A DNA stretch of 64,000 nt, taken from positions 120,188-184,187 of the IMG/VR virus record IMGVR_UViG_3300029319_000003; one strand, 5' to 3'. The notes under the pieces are model-generated. The model was given only the letters and a program-made list of their open reading frames with translations. It was not told where the DNA came from and did not search any database. This stretch comes from a virus. Positions 55,362 to 63,043 of this stretch are shown piece after piece. A program made the position numbers and the translations under genes. Numbering within the stretch: position 1 is the first letter of the stretch; the number at the start of each line of letters is the position of its first letter.

Positions 55362-55663
55362 CGTGCTCGGAGAGGAGGAACACCGGGAGGTAGTTCGCCA
55401 TCAACCAAGCCACCGTGCTTTGCGATGACCAGTGCAACAGTTTGTGATGGCACCCATCCGTAGACGGTTTCTGTTGGTCTACCGGGTTCTTCTGCGAATT
55501 CAATCAACAACTCTTCTGTTGCGCTTGGAAAGCCAACCTCTACTGCTGTATATTTTTCTGCGCCGTCCCTGCGAGGAGAGCAGTAGTTTGTAGAACTTGC
55601 TTGCACGCTCATGCTAAAGCCGTCAGCGCACACTGCTCGTTTATAAGTTTTACGATCAAACAT
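55358..55663 (-). CDS. Hypothetical phage protein
   Basis: VCADGFSMSVQASSTNYCSPR...VEVGFPS...VYGWVP. Confidence 0.8.
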   Translation of the reverse strand: MFDRKTYKRAVCADGFSMSVQASSTNYCSPRRDGAEKYTAVEVGFPSATEELLIEFAEEPGRPTETVYGWVPSQTVALVIAKHGGLVDGELPPGVPPLRAR

Positions 55664-55925
55664 ACTTGTTCATTCCCTTGTTTTGTTGGTTAAAAATCTC
55701 GTCTGCAAATTGCTTTGCATCCTTCAGTCCAGAAGAGCGCTCGCCAGATTCAACCATTCGGGCATACCGGCGAAGGAGTTTAATAAATTCAATCTTTCCA
55801 AATTTTACCGTATACATCCGGCGTGACTGCTTATCTAGATACTCACCAACAAGATGATCCATAATCTTGCGAGCATCGTTCATGCCGCGCTCATCTTCAG
55901 TATCGAAACAGATAACAGTTTTCAT
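55656..55925 (-). CDS. Hypothetical protein, C-terminus resembling the ribosomal L7/L12 GLKEAK helix
   Basis: KIEFIKLLR...SGLKDAKQFAD. Confidence 0.65.
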   Translation of the reverse strand: MKTVICFDTEDERGMNDARKIMDHLVGEYLDKQSRRMYTVKFGKIEFIKLLRRYARMVESGERSSGLKDAKQFADEIFNQQNKGMNKYV

Positions 55926-56138
55926 TTATCCCCTCGGGCTCAAAAGAGCAAGTTGATCTTCGGTATACCATCGCTCTTTACACTCATCGCCGGCGAGACG
56001 GTAGACAGTCCGCATGCGAAAAATACCAGTCTCTGTCGCGCCCCAATCGCCATGCTGCGGGACAATCTCATCCCGCTTATTGACAATAACTCGTTTTGTG
56101 CCTGTGCCCCAAATGGCAACAATGTCTCCGACGTTCAT
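55926..56138 (-). CDS. VGDLV-family small protein
   Basis: MNVGDIVAI...WYTEDQLALLS. Confidence 0.75.
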   Translation of the reverse strand: MNVGDIVAIWGTGTKRVIVNKRDEIVPQHGDWGATETGIFRMRTVYRLAGDECKERWYTEDQLALLSPRG

Positions 56139-56143
56139 TTCAC

Positions 56144-56359
56144 TTATCCCCTGCTGATAATCCGAACATTTGCATCCCGAAAGATTTCTCTTTGACCACT
56201 GATGCACAGGTATCGTCTGACGCCGCCAATGAAAGGAGAACGCTCAATCCTATAGACAACGCCTGTTATATCTGTCTTCCACCCACTGGGCGAGTAGACT
56301 TGAACCAAGTCACCCACCTCTGCCCATGAGCCATGATTGTTTTGGTCGCTACGGTTCAC
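56144..56359 (-). CDS. VGDLV-family small protein
   Basis: AEVGDLVQV...TGVVYR...VRIIS. Confidence 0.7.
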   Translation of the reverse strand: MNRSDQNNHGSWAEVGDLVQVYSPSGWKTDITGVVYRIERSPFIGGVRRYLCISGQREIFRDANVRIISRG

Positions 56360-56862
56360 GCCGCACTAACCAACTCAAGGTCACGCTGTGGGAAGCCATA
56401 GTTATAACGCGGAGGATATTCCTCACCCATCCAGTGAACCTTAACGTAACTCCCAGTATCCATCACAAGACCAGTCTTGCCGGCATAGCCATTACGCTGC
56501 GCTCGCTTGTTGTCCTTGCCTCGGACAAGAGCACCGACCGGAAACTTTGGTGCTGGGGGCTTCAAAGAGTGAAGCATCTGCGTGCAGTTGTCGCGGAAAG
56601 AACCAGCAAAGTAGTCCGTCATCAAATCAGAATGGTCATTGCTTCGACGGATATGCCAGTTGTGGGCATAGGCTTCGTCCTTCGGACCATAGTTACCTTC
56701 AGCATCCTCGCCGTAGGCTTGCTGCGTCAGGAAAGAGCCAACGTAGTTTTCGTAAGTGAAGTAATACTTCGCATGATATTTGGTATTCACACCATGCTCG
56801 TCCTTCGTAACTTTAACGCCGAGGTATTTCTCAATCTTTTTAATTGCTTTCGAAACTTCCAC
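56356..56862 (-). CDS. Two-domain protein with C-terminal VGDLV-family barrel
   Basis: C-terminal FPVGALVRG...TGLVMD...VKVHW...DLELVS; first gene after a promoter. Confidence 0.75.
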   Translation of the reverse strand: MEVSKAIKKIEKYLGVKVTKDEHGVNTKYHAKYYFTYENYVGSFLTQQAYGEDAEGNYGPKDEAYAHNWHIRRSNDHSDLMTDYFAGSFRDNCTQMLHSLKPPAPKFPVGALVRGKDNKRAQRNGYAGKTGLVMDTGSYVKVHWMGEEYPPRYNYGFPQRDLELVSAA

Positions 56863-56901
56863 TTACTCACTCCTTGGGGCTCTCCCCATCAGTACATTCA
56901 T

Positions 56902-56956
56902 ATTATCGCATAGATTCTAACAGAAGTCAAGCGATAACCGGACAAAAAATGTCCGG
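56902..56956 (-). promoter_or_regulatory. sigma70-type promoter with upstream CCGGACA-N5-TGTCCGG inverted repeat
   Basis: TTGACT-17 bp-GATAAT; inverted repeat at 56938-56956, 7 bp from the -35 box. Confidence 0.75.
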
Positions 56957-56964
56957 CACCCAAA

Positions 56965-57303
56965 TTAATATTGAACTCCGTATGGGGTAATCGGCAACAC
57001 CGCATCAAAGATGCTTCCTCTTACATAGTTCAGCGCCGGAGCCTTCCAAGTCGCTGCCTTAAGGATGGCACCATCCTGCGCCCGAACAAAACAGTAAACG
57101 CTGGTCTGGTTGTCAACCTTCGCGATTTTAATATATTTTCGCCCGCCCATGATTCGAATAGTGGGGGGTTTTAGATTACTCAAGTTAGCGGCAAAATGTG
57201 CATCCACCAGTTCTTGAATCCGGTTAACAAAATTAGGCAGTTCTTCCTGCACCATCGCGGGACACCGGGTTTCATCAATAGCCATTCGGGGATCTTGGTT
57301 CAT
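56965..57303 (-). CDS. Hypothetical phage early protein
   Basis: GGRKYIKI...SVYCFV...GAILKAATWKAPA; start MNQDPR after AAGGAG. Confidence 0.8.
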   Translation of the reverse strand: MNQDPRMAIDETRCPAMVQEELPNFVNRIQELVDAHFAANLSNLKPPTIRIMGGRKYIKIAKVDNQTSVYCFVRAQDGAILKAATWKAPALNYVRGSIFDAVLPITPYGVQY

Positions 57304-57326
57304 CACTAACTCCTTCTTACATATAT

Positions 57327-57380
57327 AATATAGCATGTACACAATGCGCTGTCAAGCAAAAACCGGACAGAAAATGTCCG
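57327..57380 (-). promoter_or_regulatory. sigma70-type promoter with the same upstream inverted repeat
   Basis: TTGACA-17 bp-TATATT; CCGGACA-GAAAA-TGTCCG at 57363-57380, 7 bp from the -35 box. Confidence 0.8.
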
Positions 57381-57569
57381 CTAGTAATTTTTTATTTTTG
57401 CCGCGCATGTATTGTACGCTTCCTCGCTATGATCATTGGCTTCAGTCATACAGTCCATGACACTCTCCAAGAACAGTGTGCGAGGGTGAACCCACATTGC
57501 CCACCAACCAGCAGCGAGACTAATGCACACAACAGAAAATAAAATCATATCTCTAATTTCGTTTTTCAC
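57381..57569 (-). CDS. Small membrane protein
   Basis: ILFSVVCISLAAGWWAMWV. Confidence 0.7.
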   Translation of the reverse strand: MKNEIRDMILFSVVCISLAAGWWAMWVHPRTLFLESVMDCMTEANDHSEEAYNTCAAKIKNY

Positions 57570-57723
57570 TTACGATCTCCAACAGTCCTGTGGTCATCCA
57601 GTTCGTTCGACCATCAACATTAACTTTCACAGAGTTACCACTAACATCAAGCACAATACACAAGATAGTATCACGCTGATTACCTTTGGCTCGATAGAGT
57701 CTCACCAAGTCACCCACATTCAT
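57553..57723 (-). CDS. VGDLV-family small protein (not in ORF track)
   Basis: MNVGDLVRLYRAKGNQRDTILCIVLDVSGNSVKVNVDGRTNWMTTGLLEIVSEKRN. Confidence 0.8.
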   Translation of the reverse strand: MNVGDLVRLYRAKGNQRDTILCIVLDVSGNSVKVNVDGRTNWMTTGLLEIVSEKRN

Positions 57724-57928
57724 GCACCACCTCTAGTTCAATAACCGGAATAGTCATCTTCCGCTCCTGTCCAAAAAATACAACAGCATGCTCTTCAGGC
57801 TCCACAATATCCCAGTTGATCTGCCGCCCGAGTTCGTGAGTTCGCCAACACTTCTTTTGTAGAAAGTCTATTGCGACCCCAACACTGAGGGAACCTTTTC
57901 TAAGTCTAACTAAATCACCGACCTTCAC
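57710..57928 (-). CDS. VGDLV-family small protein
   Basis: MKVGDLVRL...VGVAID...ELEVV. Confidence 0.8.
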   Translation of the reverse strand: MKVGDLVRLRKGSLSVGVAIDFLQKKCWRTHELGRQINWDIVEPEEHAVVFFGQERKMTIPVIELEVVHECG

Positions 57929-58199
57929 CAACTACCTCCACTCCATCAGTGATCCGACCCATCGTGGTGGGTGTTCCGTTAACCGGCGGGTAAATCATTT
58001 GCGGATAATCGCTCCGTTCTCTACCTCCCGACACACAACGATCAACTTCAATAACATATCGCTGACAGCCTTCAAACTCGTTGAGCCCGATCACGACGCC
58101 CTCCATATAACATGAACGAGGTCCGTCAAGATCCCGCATATAATGAAAGTCAAAAGACCGAACACGATTGCCAATTTCAATTTCCATTTTTATCTCCAT
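57915..58199 (-). CDS. VGDLV-family small protein
   Basis: IEIGNRVRS...EGVVIG...VEVV. Confidence 0.75.
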   Translation of the reverse strand: MEIKMEIEIGNRVRSFDFHYMRDLDGPRSCYMEGVVIGLNEFEGCQRYVIEVDRCVSGGRERSDYPQMIYPPVNGTPTTMGRITDGVEVVGEGR

Positions 58200-58392
58200 A
58201 GGGTGAACTGATTACTTGTAAATATGTGTCGTTGATAGTGTGTACATGAGATTTGCCGTGGGCAGTCCACAAGACGCGAAATCTTTGTTGCCCCGGTCGG
58301 TCCCAAGCAGGATCGTTTGGCAGAACTTCAAGCACAAGACCAGAGCCCTGCAATGTCCCAAACTTGTGTTTAACTAAGTTACCGACCAGCAC
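58177..58392 (-). CDS. VGDLV-family small protein
   Basis: MLVGNLVKH...SGLVLE...FRVLW...LQVIS. Confidence 0.75.
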   Translation of the reverse strand: MLVGNLVKHKFGTLQGSGLVLEVLPNDPAWDRPGQQRFRVLWTAHGKSHVHTINDTYLQVISSPYGDKNGN

Positions 58393-58558
58393 TAACCACC
58401 TCAAGGTCACAAGGAGAGCATATCACATTTCGTGTATGGTCAAGCGGCTTCACAACCCACTCTAGTCCAAAGACAGAGGAATGGTGGTGTCTAACAATCA
58501 CAGCCAACTTCTGACCGTAATGTTTTGTTTGAACTTTTACTAAATCACCGACTTGCAT
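58379..58558 (-). CDS. VGDLV-family small protein
   Basis: MQVGDLVKV...DLEVVS. Confidence 0.8.
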   Translation of the reverse strand: MQVGDLVKVQTKHYGQKLAVIVRHHHSSVFGLEWVVKPLDHTRNVICSPCDLEVVSAGR

Positions 58559-58721
58559 CAACCAACTCCAAACCATCTTGGGCGAGCACCATGATGTGAC
58601 CCGCAATCAAAACTTCCCAACACTTCACAATACGGGCGAAGGGGCGAACAATAAGACCAACATCTCTGACCGACCCGCTGGGTCCGAAACCCTTGAGGAC
58701 TACCAAGTCACCGACCTGCAT
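58545..58721 (-). CDS. VGDLV-family small protein (not in ORF track)
   Basis: MQVGDLVVLKGFGPSGSVRDVGLIVRPFARIVKCWEVLIAGHIMVLAQDGLELVDASR. Confidence 0.8.
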   Translation of the reverse strand: MQVGDLVVLKGFGPSGSVRDVGLIVRPFARIVKCWEVLIAGHIMVLAQDGLELVDASR

Positions 58722-58942
58722 TAATCACCTTCCACGACGGCTTCAAACTTATCAGCACGATCAAAGATTTGTGCCAACTGATTAACCACTCGACCGTCGA
58801 TCACATTATCGACAGGAGTTTGGAACTGGACTTTAAACCCACCCCACTCAGCATTATACATAGTGTGTTCAACAACGATACCAACTCCACCCGTTCGCGG
58901 GTGTCGGACCAAGGTTCCTACGGTGATTGCTGGCTGGTTCAT
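58721..58942 (-). CDS. VGDLV-family small protein
   Basis: MNQPAITVGTLVRH...VGIVVE...FKVQF. Confidence 0.8.
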   Translation of the reverse strand: MNQPAITVGTLVRHPRTGGVGIVVEHTMYNAEWGGFKVQFQTPVDNVIDGRVVNQLAQIFDRADKFEAVVEGD

Positions 58943-58971
58943 TACTAACTCCTTCCGCTCAGTACATATAT

Positions 58972-59026
58972 AATGTAGCATAGGAGCGCAGCACTTGCAA
59001 GGTTTAAATGTAAAGAAAATGTCAAG
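58972..59026 (-). promoter_or_regulatory. sigma70-type promoter with a degenerate third copy of the upstream element
   Basis: TTGCAA-17 bp-TACATT; ATGTAAA-GAAAA-TGTCAAG at 59008-59026, again 7 bp from the -35 box. Confidence 0.65.
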
Positions 59027-59042
59027 AAAAATTAAATAGGGG

Positions 59043-59279
59043 TCATTCAGCATCTTCCTCACTATAGAACTCTGACACTAGCCCAATTCTACCGGGATGC
59101 TCCCAGTGTATTTTTCCATTGTTCCACAGCACCTTATAAACTCTATCTGTAAACTGCAAGTGCCACGTTGTCTGGTTTTTGATTTCCTCTACTTCTAAAA
59201 TCAGCCCAACCTCATCTTCGTCCATGTGGGCGATGTTTTCTTTGTAAATAATCCTTACAACCAAGTCGCCTATTTTCAC
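59043..59279 (-). CDS. VGDLV-family small protein
   Basis: MKIGDLVVR...VGLILE...YKVLW. Confidence 0.8.
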   Translation of the reverse strand: MKIGDLVVRIIYKENIAHMDEDEVGLILEVEEIKNQTTWHLQFTDRVYKVLWNNGKIHWEHPGRIGLVSEFYSEEDAE

Positions 59280-59518
59280 TTTGCTCTGCTTACAATCTTA
59301 AGATCTGTTCTATAGAAAAAATTAATCCACCGGTCCCGCCCATGTGTTGGTCCGTTGTTTCCAATCCATTGAACGTGGTATCGATTGTCGTATCGGCTTT
59401 TCTCAACCCTCTTAAGCAGCCCCACGACCTTTCCTTCGCGAACTTCCTTAGTCCATGTTTTGAGTGAAATCAATTTACAGCCCCGTGCTGAAAGTGTCAC
59501 CAGATCTCCCGGTTTCAT
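59276..59518 (-). CDS. VGDLV-family small protein
   Basis: MKPGDLVTL...VGLLK...YHVQW...DLKIVS. Confidence 0.8.
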   Translation of the reverse strand: MKPGDLVTLSARGCKLISLKTWTKEVREGKVVGLLKRVEKSRYDNRYHVQWIGNNGPTHGRDRWINFFYRTDLKIVSRAK

Positions 59519-59530
59519 ATTTTCTCCAAG

Positions 59531-59707
59531 TTATTTATTTTCCCAATCACCGTCGTCAAACAGCGCCTGTACTCTTTTATTTAGTTCTTCAATTTCTTGT
59601 CTGCGCTCTCTTGCTTTCTGCCAAGATTGGATCGTTACGCCGACAACCAAAACCGACACAAGCCCGAGCGAGAATAATCCAAATATAACCACGTCCAGTG
59701 TTACCAT
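59531..59707 (-). CDS. Small single-pass membrane protein (not in ORF track)
   Basis: MVTLDVVIFGLFSLGLVSVLVVGVTIQSWQKARERRQEIEEL... Confidence 0.65.
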   Translation of the reverse strand: MVTLDVVIFGLFSLGLVSVLVVGVTIQSWQKARERRQEIEELNKRVQALFDDGDWENK

Positions 59708-59802
59708 TTCATATCATCCCATACGCCCCACCAGACATATATCATCGCAGCGTTGGCGGCACAAACGAGCAACAGCCCGCCTACAATAACTTCAATGTTC
59801 AT
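59701..59802 (-). CDS. 33-aa membrane peptide (not in ORF track)
   Basis: MNIEVIVGGLLLVCAANAAMIYVWWGVWDDMKW; overlaps both neighbours. Confidence 0.5.
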   Translation of the reverse strand: MNIEVIVGGLLLVCAANAAMIYVWWGVWDDMKW

Positions 59803-59956
59803 CGATCACCTCAAACACCACATGGTTTGGATCGCATACAATTTTAAAACCCTTCTCATCAATCAATATAACGTACCCGCGTTGAGCGTCAGTATACTTA
59901 CCAACCAATACAAGCCCATCGGTCCATGTTGCCCTAACCTTGTCACCGATCTTCAT
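59792..59956 (-). CDS. VGDLV-family small protein
   Basis: MKIGDKVRA...FEVI. Confidence 0.75.
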   Translation of the reverse strand: MKIGDKVRATWTDGLVLVGKYTDAQRGYVILIDEKGFKIVCDPNHVVFEVIDEH

Positions 59957-60119
59957 TGATAGCCTCAAGCCTTTGCGCCTGCTCTTTTGTGTAGTGCCAT
60001 TCACCATTTATATTGTCCCACCGGACCACAACATAATCTTTGCTTATCTTGACAACCTCGCCAAGCGCTTCGTCATACTTCCACATTGGAGCCATGCGGA
60101 CTCGATCTTTAACTTTCAT
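59943..60119 (-). CDS. VGDLV-family small protein (not in ORF track)
   Basis: MKVKDRVRMAPMWKYDEALGEVVKISKDYVVVRWDNINGEWHYTKEQAQRLEAINEDR. Confidence 0.75.
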   Translation of the reverse strand: MKVKDRVRMAPMWKYDEALGEVVKISKDYVVVRWDNINGEWHYTKEQAQRLEAINEDR

Positions 60120-60330
60120 TTATTATCTCCACTTCATATTTCTTCACATCGATCATGCAGCGAATCCCCCGGCACAGTCCCACATATATGTAATCTATAT
60201 CTGGATGCCAATCTCGCAAATCCTCTGAATACAGACTACCAGAAAACTTTTCAATCACCAGTGTTGGCGGTGACCAGTCATCGGGGGAACCAAACGCCAT
60301 GCGGAACTTAACCAGATCTCCGATCTTCAC
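60109..60330 (-). CDS. VGDLV-family small protein
   Basis: MKIGDLVKF...YEVEIIN. Confidence 0.75.
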   Translation of the reverse strand: MKIGDLVKFRMAFGSPDDWSPPTLVIEKFSGSLYSEDLRDWHPDIDYIYVGLCRGIRCMIDVKKYEVEIINES

Positions 60331-60611
60331 TTGCCCGCCCAAAAAATATCAACATGACCGACGGGCACCTTAAGAACAACCATGCGCCAGCCTTGCCATA
60401 TAGGCAGCAAGATCTTGCTACGGGTCTGCTCGTCAAGGTTTTGATCTGTGTCTTCCATTTCCAGAATAGCGCGAATAATATTGCCGCCGTCATCGGACCA
60501 GAAGTCAACGGTGAAGCGCCCCTCCCAGTGCATTGCAATATGCTTCATAAGGGAACGCTTCGCTTCCTCGCGGGGAGCCTTGTTCTTCTTGTTGAAATAG
60601 ATATTAGCCAT
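60327..60611 (-). CDS. Hypothetical protein
   Basis: 94-aa ORF with CTAATTA motif 7 nt upstream. Confidence 0.7.
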   Translation of the reverse strand: MANIYFNKKNKAPREEAKRSLMKHIAMHWEGRFTVDFWSDDGGNIIRAILEMEDTDQNLDEQTRSKILLPIWQGWRMVVLKVPVGHVDIFWAGK

Positions 60612-60703
60612 GTCACTTTAATTAGGGTTGAGTGTTGTCAATATTGCTGTTATTGCCGTTTTTCGAAAAAAATTATTTTGCGTTTAAAGCCCTCAAACGC
60701 TAA

Positions 60704-60913
60704 TCATGCTTTACTCACAATTTCTAAAAGTGCAAAGTCGTTACCACGCATTAGTTGCATAGCATTGATTCCTTTAATTTTTGGTCCCATCCATCGGACA
60801 TGGACAGTGTAAGGTTCTTCGTCAATTGCGATAATCATTCCCATTTGCTCCCAAGGCAAAACGCTTTCGCGAATTCGAACGAGGTCACCAACCTTATAGT
60901 CAAGAACAGCCAT
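60704..60913 (-). CDS. VGDLV-family small protein
   Basis: YKVGDLVRI...MGMIIA...VHVRW...LEIVS. Confidence 0.8.
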   Translation of the reverse strand: MAVLDYKVGDLVRIRESVLPWEQMGMIIAIDEEPYTVHVRWMGPKIKGINAMQLMRGNDFALLEIVSKA

Positions 60914-60962
60914 GCGTTATAAATAGTACAGCCGCCGATGCATGAATTGCAATTTAATTTTT

Positions 60963-61196
60963 TTATTCTTCAACTTCATCGCAATCAATATTGTCAGGAC
61001 AGTCAGTATAAGAAACATCAAAGTGGTGCAATTGATCTCCGTCAATAAGACGCAGCCGCCCGAACACACTTACAATATACTTGTCTTCATCTTTGTTTGG
61101 CTGTTCCATGACCAACCCTACAAGTTGCTTCAAGAAAGGCTCGGGCATATCGCGTGGAATGTCGATCTTCACCATGTCACCAGTTTTAAAATTCAT
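60963..61196 (-). CDS. VGDLV-family small protein
   Basis: MNFKTGDMVKI...VGLVME...YIVSV. Confidence 0.75.
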   Translation of the reverse strand: MNFKTGDMVKIDIPRDMPEPFLKQLVGLVMEQPNKDEDKYIVSVFGRLRLIDGDQLHHFDVSYTDCPDNIDCDEVEE

Positions 61197-61324
61197 CAGA
61201 CAATCACCGACAAAATAATAAGACCAAGAAACATTGCCAGTGGGGCAATCCAAAGCATATGCACATCACTCTTGCTCTCGGGGGTCATGCCCCGCAGCAA
61301 TGCCTTCCAATACTCTTCCATCAT
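61196..61324 (-). CDS. 42-aa membrane peptide (not in ORF track)
   Basis: MMEEYWKALLRG...WIAPLAMFLGLIILSVIV; ATGA/TGATG overlaps. Confidence 0.6.
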   Translation of the reverse strand: MMEEYWKALLRGMTPESKSDVHMLWIAPLAMFLGLIILSVIV

Positions 61325-61500
61325 GGTAACACCTCCGCAATCCTATCGCGAGCAAAAATAAAATACCCGCCAACATCAGGGTGCTTCAACTTGACACTTT
61401 GGTCTTGCACCTCAACAACAGTATACACCACATCGCCATACATTTGCAATGATTTTTCGTGTACCATCATTCGAATCTTATCGCCTACTTTTACTTTCAT
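61321..61500 (-). CDS. VGDLV-family small protein
   Basis: MKVKVGDKIRM...YTVVEV. Confidence 0.75.
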   Translation of the reverse strand: MKVKVGDKIRMMVHEKSLQMYGDVVYTVVEVQDQSVKLKHPDVGGYFIFARDRIAEVLP

Positions 61501-61672
61501 ATGCCACTTCCAATTGGTCTTCGTACCACCACCCAGTCGGGGAGGACTCCGAAGACCACAGTATTTTAAAACTTGCCGGGACCGACCGGTCGTCCGTGTC
61601 GAGCACCAAACCAAGACATTCAATACCGCGTGCAATATCATACACACCATAAACCAGATCGCCAATTTTCAT
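61478..61672 (-). CDS. VGDLV-family small protein
   Basis: MKIGDLVYG...LGLVLD...FKILW...QLEVA. Confidence 0.8.
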   Translation of the reverse strand: MKIGDLVYGVYDIARGIECLGLVLDTDDRSVPASFKILWSSESSPTGWWYEDQLEVAYESKSRR

Positions 61673-61803
61673 TTACGATATTCCGATTGTCTTTGTCGAA
61701 AAAAATTTTCTACCACACTTATGCTTATAGCCAGCAATAAGCCGCTACTCATCAGTATGCATCCGAGCCATGCAGTCTCAGATATAAATTCACTTAGTTC
61801 CAC
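61669..61803 (-). CDS. 44-aa membrane peptide (not in ORF track)
   Basis: MELSEFISETAWLGCILMSSGLLLAISISVVENFFRQRQSEYRK. Confidence 0.55.
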   Translation of the reverse strand: MELSEFISETAWLGCILMSSGLLLAISISVVENFFRQRQSEYRK

Positions 61804-61966
61804 TTACTATCTCCATACTAGCGTAATGCACTTGATATGGATGCATGCGACCATTAATGACCACGATCCATTGACCCGGCACTTGCTCCCGAACCAGTAA
61901 GCCAAGTTTCCCTTTGTATTGAGGATAACTCGCGTCACATAGTTTGACGAGTTCACCCGGCTTCAT
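61790..61966 (-). CDS. VGDLV-family small protein
   Basis: MKPGELVKL...LGLLVR...MEIVS. Confidence 0.8.
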   Translation of the reverse strand: MKPGELVKLCDASYPQYKGKLGLLVREQVPGQWIVVINGRMHPYQVHYASMEIVSGTK

Positions 61967-62279
61967 GATCTCCACCACAGTCATGCTTTATCTTTTGTGC
62001 CTTACCACCTTTAAATTTAATCCACAACCCCCACATGATGGGTACCGCCAACCAGTGGAGGCAGAGTATCCAAGCGGCAGGTGCGCCGGCATAGAACGCG
62101 GGATGAACATGATTTCCAAGAAATATAAAAAGCAAAGGGAATAGCACATCCTCGATAATCTCCCAACCGATAATGATAACTACCAGCGCCACCCCATTTT
62201 CACGCATCGTCTTTTTAATGTTGCTCCACTTGAAGTGTTCCAACTTATGAGACAATCTATGCTTAAGCCATTTAATCAT
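61953..62279 (-). CDS. Membrane protein (2-3 TM)
   Basis: GVALVVIIIGWEIIEDVLFPLLFIFLG; AWILCLHWLAVPIMWGLW. Confidence 0.75.
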   Translation of the reverse strand: MIKWLKHRLSHKLEHFKWSNIKKTMRENGVALVVIIIGWEIIEDVLFPLLFIFLGNHVHPAFYAGAPAAWILCLHWLAVPIMWGLWIKFKGGKAQKIKHDCGGDHEAG

Positions 62280-62499
62280 TTGAAGAACCTACAAGTTTGA
62301 GATAAGAAAAATGCTCGGTGGTTTGCTTTGTGTCAGCCCACAGTACTCTAAACCGATGCCCTGTCGAGAATCGCGATGGTCCAGATACATCTTCTAATAC
62401 CAGACCGGGGTTCGCGTAATCTTTGCGATTCATCACCCAAGAGTTCGTGTGGAACATAACTAGATCACCGACATTTATTTCTTCTCTATCGGTCATCAA
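62272..62499 (-). CDS. VGDLV-family small protein
   Basis: INVGDLVMF...PGLVLE...FRVLW...LKLV. Confidence 0.8.
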   Translation of the reverse strand: MMTDREEINVGDLVMFHTNSWVMNRKDYANPGLVLEDVSGPSRFSTGHRFRVLWADTKQTTEHFSYLKLVGSSND

Positions 62500-62846
62500 G
62501 ACTTGCCTTTGTGATTTGCATTGCCGGCGTTATAGGCAACATGGCGCATCGGTCGATTGCCGATAGTTGTTTGCGAACCGGATAGGTGGCACGACTTGCC
62601 CTTGTGAAAGCCCGTGACGGCTTTCCAAGCCTTAGAGTAGGCTTCCCTATCCGCATCGCTTTCAAAGGCGACTATGGACATGCCAGCAGCCTTGCCATCG
62701 CCTCCTTGCAGTCCTAGATACTTTACGGCAGTCTCCGTGCCAAGTTCCTCCACGCAATCTGGGCATTCATTAATCTTGCCGCCGGCTTGACGCTTTGCCC
62801 ACGAATCGGGGTCGAACGGATAATTGCAATGCACACACTCTCTCAT
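62496..62846 (-). CDS. Zinc-binding hypothetical protein
   Basis: CVHC...CPDC. Confidence 0.75.
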   Translation of the reverse strand: MRECVHCNYPFDPDSWAKRQAGGKINECPDCVEELGTETAVKYLGLQGGDGKAAGMSIVAFESDADREAYSKAWKAVTGFHKGKSCHLSGSQTTIGNRPMRHVAYNAGNANHKGKS

Positions 62847-63043
62847 ACTTCACTCACCTTTGAAATAACTTTTAAATACTGGCAGTCATACCACTCTGGA
62901 TCGCCCCAGCCAATCCACTGGACCAATGCCAACAAAGCACCGCCGGGGATGCTGTCGTCTTCTACTGGACCAGATAAAAGAATACCATGCGCTATCGGCG
63001 CATCTGACGTAAACTTGTCAACAACTAAATCTCCAACATTCAT
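62843..63043 (-). CDS. VGDLV-family small protein
   Basis: MNVGDLVVD...HGILLS...LVQW...LKVIS. Confidence 0.8.
   Translation of the reverse strand: MNVGDLVVDKFTSDAPIAHGILLSGPVEDDSIPGGALLALVQWIGWGDPEWYDCQYLKVISKVSEV

Noticed and set aside
60040-60070. Possible sigma70 promoter TTGGCG-17-AAAGAT
   Set aside because: Poor consensus and lies inside the unannotated coding ORF 59943-60119.
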